From Neolecta irregularis DAH-3 (taxonomy: Eukaryota), in assembly GCA_001929475.1 (NCBI GenBank), contig LXFE01000181.1, forward strand, positions 1 to 46,055: a DNA stretch of 46,055 nucleotides, given 5' to 3'. Below are positions 38,701 to 46,055 of this stretch, one piece after another. The translations under genes and the position numbers were made by a program. The notes under the pieces are model-generated. The model was not told the origin of the DNA and searched no databases. It saw nothing but the letters and a program-made list of their open reading frames with translations. How positions within the stretch are numbered: the first letter of the stretch is position 1; each line of letters starts with the position of its first letter.

Positions 38701-41700
38701 GACATAAAAGACACGGATGATGTAGAGATAGAAAGCTCCACCAAAGTAACATGGTCTCGGCGCGACAAGATCCAACTGTTAACCATCTTCTCAAAGGTTT
38801 GCAATCCAAAGGCGTTGTTCCGAACAGACGAGGTCAGAGCAATCTTGACGCGCTTACTGGCTAACGCCGACTCCAAAGTCCAGTCTATCGCTCTTGAAGC
38901 CCTTTTATCTTGGAAAGATCCTCAAATCAAGCCCTATATTAAGAATCTCCGCAACTTTCTAGAAGAATCGAAATTTCGAGACGAAATTACGAAACTCTTG
39001 GTAGGTGATCTCCGAGAGTCGGTGATTCAAGATGCACATCGTGATGTCCTAATGCCGGTTATTATTCGTCTGCTTTACGGGAAAGCTCTTTCTCGAAAAC
39101 ATTCTTCGAGTGGTGAGAGGTCCCAGGGAAGTCGTAGAATCACTATTCTTTCTGCATTGGTGAATTTACGAGAGTCCGAATTAGGTGTCTTTATATCTCT
39201 AATGCTCGAACCTTTCCAAGATGTACACATATTCTGCTGTGTCGATACAATTGTCAAAGTAGACGAGCTGCAACTCAATCTTCATGCTGATTTGGCCCTT
39301 CGAAAACAAGCCGGTTTTACTGCAATGATGTGCGATGTCATCCATCAACTTGGTTCCAAGCTAACAAACTCTCTACCGCGACTCTTGGAGATGTTGTTAT
39401 TCTCTTTAATAAGGGCGCAAACCGTAATAGATTCATCCGATAAAGACAATACGGATCGAAAGATCGCTCGCAACATTCGGCAATCAGGTTTCAAGGCATT
39501 GCATAGCCTTTTTGAACACTGTCCAAATTTTGACTGGTTAAATTATATGCCAGTAATCTTTGAAAGAATAGCCAACCAGCTATTGGAGAAGTTTCCAATT
39601 GAAACTTCGCAGTCTCCATCGGGACTTTTGCAATTATTTGGATCTTGGGCGTCATCCAACATATATATCGAATTCCTTGTGCGGTACAACCCGCAAGTGC
39701 TACGACAAATTATCAGATGTCTTCACAAGCACGCAAAAGATAATGTCGTGGCCTTTGTGCTGGATATATTGTTCAATGTTTTGCACTACGTGAAAGAAGC
39801 TCAAGAGGACGGAATGGAAGTGGAATCACGTCAAAATCTTCTTGTCGATCCCTACACGACCGATATACTGGAACAAATAGCTGTACTATTCAACGAGACA
39901 TCAGTTTTACAGGATGCTTCAAGGGTTGTGTTGCTAAATTCAGAAATCAAACTTCTTTCCTGTATTTCGGAATATGTCCATGAAGCGCGGTCGGCTGAAG
40001 TGCTGGTTAGTCTCCTAATACCGTTGCTCGAGCGTCCCGTATCAAGAGTGTCTGAAAGAACAAAAGAGGACATTCTGAAAATAGTCATTCGTTTCCTGCC
40101 AATGTCACAAGAATTTGATCAGGATGAATCGGTGCGAAAAAAGTACTTTTCGACAATCTGCTCTTTATTCGCCTCGATCAAAAATCCAGGTTCTCGGCTG
40201 TTTCTTTCTGGACTGCTTGGTTTATTTGCAGAGAAGATTGATGGTCTTGAACCAGCGGAGAGATTCGTCACCGAGTTTAATTCTACTTCGAAAAAACGTA
40301 TCGGCGAACCTGATTATGACCGGCGCTTCAAAGCGTTCTCGAGTTTGAATGAGGTCGAATACGCAAAGATATCATATATTTCGTGGGTTCCGATCGTTTT
40401 TAACATGTTATACTATATTCAAGACGAAGAACTTTCTGTCCGGAGCAATGCTTCATTCTCTCTGCATCGCTTTGTCGAAATGATGGCTCAGCATGATTCA
40501 GAGTATTCAACGTTCTTCCGCGATTCTATTATCCCTGCTCTGAGAAAAGGCTTTAGACACCCCTCGGCGAATGTACGGGAAGAATATCTGGGGGTTCTTG
40601 GTCACGCCGTTCGATATTGTCAACCGGATTTCTTGATTGCAGATTTGAAAGTCCTCCTTCGTGGCGATGATGAGGAGGCCAACTTTTTCAACAACGTTTT
40701 TCACATTCAGCAGCACCGAAGGATAAGAGCATTAAATCGCTTAGCAGAGACATCTAAGCATAAAATATTTTCTTCTGAAAATGTAGGACAGTTGCTTATT
40801 CCGTTGATTGAAAACTTTGTTTTGCATCCAGAAAAAGATACACATAACCTAGTAACGGCAGGGATTGATGTGATTGGAGCATTGTCGAAGAATTTGACAT
40901 GGAAACAGTACCGTGCCCTTTTCAAACGTTATGTCGATCTTTTGGAAAGAAAACCCGAGTCCACAAAAGTCGTGATCAGATTACTGGAGAGTATTGTCGA
41001 AGCCGTTTCTCAATTTTTCATCTTGGAGGGTTCCTCTGATGCCCTGGATTATGGTACAACTATTCGACAAGATCATGCGCTTGATCGAGCGGTGTTGCTA
41101 AAAGTTGTCACAAAGGATCTTTTTCCCAAACTTTCTTCATATTTGAAGAAGCGCGATGATTCAACTGTCAGCCTACGAGTCCCCGTTGCCGTCGTTCTTG
41201 TGAAATTATTGCGGTTACTGCAAGACGATGAAATTAATCTCATGCTTCCAGCAGTCTTGACAGATGTATGTCATATCCTCAAAAGCAGATCGCAAGTTGA
41301 TCGAGACCTCACGCGAAAAACGCTTGCGGAAATTGTACAACTTCTTGGTCCCCGATATATGGAGTTCATCGTCAAAGAGTTACGTCAGGCACTTTCGAGG
41401 GGGTATCAGTTACATGTCCTCGCATATACACTCCATTCACTTCTCGTCAAGATTTCAGAATGCAACAGAATCGGAGATTTAGATTACTGTATGCCGGCTT
41501 TAGTAGAGATCTTGATTAATGATTTATTTGGAAAAACTGGCACTGAGAAGGAAGCTGAGGATTACAGATCGAGTATGAAGGAAGTAAAAACCTGCAAAAG
41601 TTACGATTCTTTTCAACTACTCGCTTCGCGAACCATGCCATCACAACTCTGCGATTTCATCCGCCCGATAAAAGATGTCCTGCTCGAAACTTGCTCGGTT

Positions 41701-43962
41701 AAGGTTTTCAAAAAGATTGACGAAGTGTTGCGGAGAGTTGTACTGGGTATCTGTGAAAATTCATCGTCCGAGTACCAAGAGATTATTGCCTTTTGCTATA
41801 AATCATATCAGGAGGGAATATCAGCGGACATGAAGTCTTCAGAAGGAGTAATACCTTCTCATGAACAGCATTTCACAGTCGACTTGAAGGGCCACAGACG
41901 TCATTTGCGTATCGTCAACTCTGATGTGACGAGGATCGCCAAATTTGCTCTCGACACTCTGCGAAGTATTTTAATCAAGCATGAAAAGCTGCGAACAGAT
42001 GAGTACGTATCTCGATTTGTTCCAATTCTAGGGGACTCGTTGCTGTCGTCATTTGAAGGACTGGCTTTGTCTGCATTACGTGTGTTGAATACACTAGTAT
42101 CTAGTTCTGTTCCGTCTTTGGATAAAGGAATGTCAGTCTACCTGGACCAAGTTCTTCAATTTGTAAAAGCTTCAACGAATACGAATTCCGAATTATGTCA
42201 AGCGAGTCTCAAGTTTGTTGCGACCGTCTTACGAGACCGACCGACCGTCTTCGTACAGGAAGAATTAGTCGTTTACCTGCTCGAACGAATTAAACCTGAC
42301 ATTGAGCAACCTGATCGCCAAGGCCTGACGTTTTCTCTCATCAAATCAGTCATGGCGCGAGGCTTGGTCATCCCAGAATTGTACGACTTGATGAGCCAAA
42401 TCGCGCGAATGATGGTTACGAATCAGACTAGAGGTGCTAGGAATATCGCTCGAACAGTCTACTTTCAATTTCTTCTGAATTTTCCACAGGGAAAAGGTCG
42501 CTTGCAGAAACAGTACGATTTTCTTGTTCAGAATCTGAGTTATGTATATCAGTCTGGTCGGCAATCGGTCATGGAAGTTGTTCATTTAATACTTGCAAAG
42601 TTTTCCGGAGACTTGCTGCAAGATGTAATTGAGAAGGTGTTTCTTCCGCTCGTGATGTCATTAGTCAACGATGACGCTAACGAATGTCGAGAGATGGCGG
42701 CCTCGTTATTGCAAACGATGATGCGCAAGGCAGATAAACAGCGGTCCGAGATGATTTTGAGAACGATGCGGCAATGGGTTGATGATTTTGAACAACCGAG
42801 TTTGCAAAGAACCGGTCTGGAGCTTTTTGGACTCTACTTTAGTACCGTGGAATCGGTGAAGGATGCCGAGCGCTGCGCTGATGTTATCACCAAACTTTTG
42901 AAAGGCGTCAAGTTTGATGACAGTACTATTGATGAAGCTACGTTGGTGCCTATAGGCTGGGAGACTATCTTCCACGCACTGCACACATTCTCTAAAATCG
43001 TCAACATGGCTCCGTCAATTTCATTCAGTGAGAAATATATTGAACTGTGGCAGGAATTTATACGCTATACTTTATACCCATATGGTCTTGTCCGTCTTGA
43101 AGCCAGTCGACTGGTAGGTTCGTCGTTCGTTTACTGTAAGGATAGTGCTCCTTTGTGGAAAGTCTCCGAAATGATCCAGTTGGCCAAGAAACTCTTTTTT
43201 GTGCTTCAGAGCGCAGAGCTTTTGGATGATCTCGCTTTGCAAACTGTGAAGAATCTCATGTTTATCAGTCAATGGGCGTACAAGACTAAAGCAGAGATGC
43301 CTCTTCAAGGGCTGTCTTCCTGTGTAGACGACCAACACAGCGATGATGAAGAAGAACAGGAGAATATCACAACGGACAGTCTTGAATGTATATCGTGGAT
43401 ATTTATGCGAATATCAAAATTTCTTCGGCACGAACAAAAGGGAAACGAGGTATGATTCTTTGAAGGGTGAAGGCTGACTACAAGTACACGTTAATTTCAC
43501 GCAAGCTTTTGTTGCAGTGGTTACTGACAATGATTGGAATTATTTCCGCCCAAGAAATCACCTCAAACTCTCGTTATATATTTTCTCCTCTATTCCGGTT
43601 CGTAGATACGCCGTCAGGAAAGCACGCAGAGGGTACGCAAACAAATTAAACGCTTTATTAATTTTAGAACTGTTGAATCTTTCGCAAGAGATATTTGATG
43701 CGCTTAAGATCAAGTTGGGTGTGACTGTATTTACCCAATGTTATTCAGAAATCCGGCAAAAGGCAATTGACCGACGACACGACCGTAGACATCAGCGCGC
43801 GGTACAAGCCGTCACTAAGCCTGAATTCGCTGCGAAACGGAGACTAAAGCGGGGTGAACAAGTGCGTTTTTGTGTTGTTTTCTGTTCTAATTGTAGAAAC
43901 GCGATTCGAGGAAGCGCAAAGCTGAAGCGTTTCAAGAATTTCGTAGACGTGGGTTTAAATAG
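35712..43962 (+). CDS. UTP20: U3 snoRNP / SSU processome HEAT-repeat protein Utp20 (about 15 introns)
   Basis: HQFKSFSQRIDNI, WTGLNLTTNF, DEEANFFNNVFHIQQHRRIRAL, RGYQLHVLAYTLH, NLSYVYQSGRQSVME, C-terminal RRHQRAVQAVTKPEFAAKRRLK. Confidence 0.93.
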
Positions 43963-44260
43963 ATATCAAATAGATATCGCGGTAGTCAGCTTGTAGAATC
44001 GGCAGGCAGCAATCAGAGTAGGTAACAGGTAAAGATAAGAGATTAAAAAATGACAGACGGATAAATAACCAAATGTAGGATAATCAACGTACAAGGATTC
44101 CAAGCGAAAAAGGATAAATATAGAAAAACAAAGCATTCATGTAAAACAAACCTTTCAACATATTTTATGTTTACCAATGTAAATATTTACATTTCTAAAA
44201 CAAAAAAAGAAAAAGGAGGAAAGCATGACGAAGAGAAGGACGACGTATATCGACTAATCC

Positions 44261-45964
44261 ATGACAACATCCACAACAAGCAATCAACCCGATTTCTTAC
44301 AACCGGTAATTTCATTATTTGATTGAAGAGCAAGATATTAAAAGAGGTAGGGATTTGATCCGGGGAAGTGTACTGTACCTAGACTTCGTGGTATTTTGTT
44401 AGAATGGGAGATCGATTTCAAATCATCTGCTCGGAAAGGGGAGCTCGTGGAGTTGTACAAGGAACATGTAGCGCCTGCTATTGAATTGATGAGACGACAG
44501 AGGCGCGTGGATACAAGGAGAATCGAGGATCCTATAGAAAGTGACGAGGATCCTGCAGAGAGGATAGTACCGCCTATTCGTCGGTCTAGTCCGAGAAAAT
44601 CTGTGCGTACTGCAGTGCAGTCTGAATCTAGAGGACGTCCAAGTCAAGTGAATACTGAACGAGTCAAGAAAAAGGTAATCTCGGTTTGGATGGTTCTAAG
44701 GAAAAGGAGGTATTTTCTGATTATAACCCATTTCAAACACCTCCTGCGGGTGTGACTGTGTCGCGAAGAAAGGTATGATGGAAAGAGAGTTTATTGATTG
44801 TTAGACTTTTGGTACAGCAATCGATCAAGGGAATAAAGAGGAGGTAATTCAGCAGAAGCGACATATTGAGAATGAATCCGAGACTGAATTTGAACCCGAG
44901 CCTGAATTACCAACCGGCTTTTCAATGCAAAGACGAAAACAATCCCATACGACGCGGAATGCCTTCTTTTTGGTTCTTGTATCAATACTTGCATTAGGAG
45001 TTTATTTATGGAGGAGTGCGAGTATTGCAGCAGGATATTGTGGAGTGGAAGAAACGACAGAGCGAGGTAAATTGACCGCTACAATAACAATTAATGGCAG
45101 TATATGGGGTTTTGGCAAAATGCAAAGAATGTCCCACTCACGCAAAGTGTTTTCCAGGCCTGCGCGCAGAATGCGATCCGGGGTTTGTGCGCGTCGACGA
45201 TTTGCGCAGTTTGATTGGAGTGGCCAGGCCGGGATGTGTGCCTGATCGGGAAACGGGGCGCCGGGTGGCGGCGGTGGCTGACGAAGCTGTGCGGATTCTG
45301 CGGGAAGCCCGCGCGGTGTCTGGGTGTGGCGCAGTGAAGACGGCGGCGGTGGCGGAAGACGCGATTGAAGCGATTCTGATGCGCCGCAAGGCTGTACGTG
45401 GCTGTGCCAGCTGGTACTGATTTGCAGTCTACAGTATCGGATCAACAGCTTTCAGCACTTTGGAAAGAAGCATTTCAGTTTGTATGTGGGCGGCCAGAAG
45501 TAACTGTGCGCAGACAAGAGTGGGCATTCTGTGATATTAATGCTGATAATAGCGGACAGGTATTCCTCGAGAGCAGTTCTCGGGCATATATTTCGTTGAG
45601 ATGCCTGTTCAAACAGATGCTGCGTGCGTGTGTGGTGCCTGCGGGTGCTGCAGTGCTTTTAGCAGTTGTTGGCGCAGGAATATGGCGGTGTAGTGCGCAA
45701 AGGAGACTGGAGAATGGGCGAGTGCGGATGCTGGTGCGGGATGTTTATGCGCGACTGGCACAGAAGAGACGCGACGGAACACAGACTGGGGCAATTTCTG
45801 TAGCACAACTGCGAGATGCAGTACTTGCTGAAATGGACATTAAACAGCGAAGACGGCTGTGGCAGGCAGTGCAGCAGATTGTCGAGGACAATGCAAATGT
45901 ACGAGCTCGCCAGGTGGAACTACGGGGAGAGATCACGCGTGTATGGGAGTGGGTGGGAGATTAG
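44261..45964 (+). CDS. Inner nuclear membrane protein, Src1/Heh1/Man1 family (HeH and MSC domains; 6 introns)
   Basis: DFLQPGFDPGKCTVPRLRGIL..ARKGELVELY (HeH/LEM-like), FSDYNPFQ motif, TM segment then GYCG, CKECPTHAKC..CDPGF..CVPD, second TM, QLRDAVL..LWQAVQQIVEDNANVR..GEITRVWEWVG. Confidence 0.9.
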
Positions 45965-46055
45965 TGAGACGAGTATGAGTGAGATGATATGAGTGAGTAT
46001 GAGAATGAGTGAATACGAGCAAGTAGAGTGAGTGAGTATGAGAATGAGTGAATAC
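45962..46055. repeat. Degenerate TGAG-core tandem repeat including a 27-nt perfect direct repeat (45990-46016 / 46029-46055)
   Basis: Units GAGT, GAGTAT and GAGAAT; tgagtgagtatgagaatgagtgaatac occurs twice, 39 nt apart; truncated by the window edge. Confidence 0.9.

Noticed and set aside
45002-45936. Pro/Ala-rich antisense ORFs over the Src1-like gene
   Set aside because: Shadow ORFs arising from locally high GC content and G skew.

Overview
Gene-dense fungal nuclear DNA. Fission-yeast-like proteins, a Homol D-like box and tiny introns suggest Taphrinomycotina, possibly Neolecta-like (inference). By hand-splicing I reconstruct 14 intron-rich protein genes: cytosolic TyrRS, UBR1-type N-recognin, a DUF6534-like multi-TM protein, a group X hybrid histidine kinase, phosphoglycerate mutase, UBC13, RPL24, fumarase, SMC5, RRP43, ROK1, NAB2, UTP20 and a Src1/Man1 nuclear-envelope protein. 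Highlights: (1) an unusual splicing regime of about 100 introns, all about 31-47 nt, with frequent AAG and several GAG acceptors, GC donors, one apparent GG donor, a 4-nt microexon and a 15-nt microexon; (2) a diverged ~170-220 bp solo-LTR-like repeat family (TGTAA...CTTACA, near 5-bp target-site duplications) in three intergenic regions; (3) mirror-image CTCA/TGAG repeats at the two window ends with opposite C/A versus G strand skew extending into genes on the same strand, plus an internal skew flip near an AACCCTAACCCTAACCC motif. All exon structures are manual inferences without transcript data.
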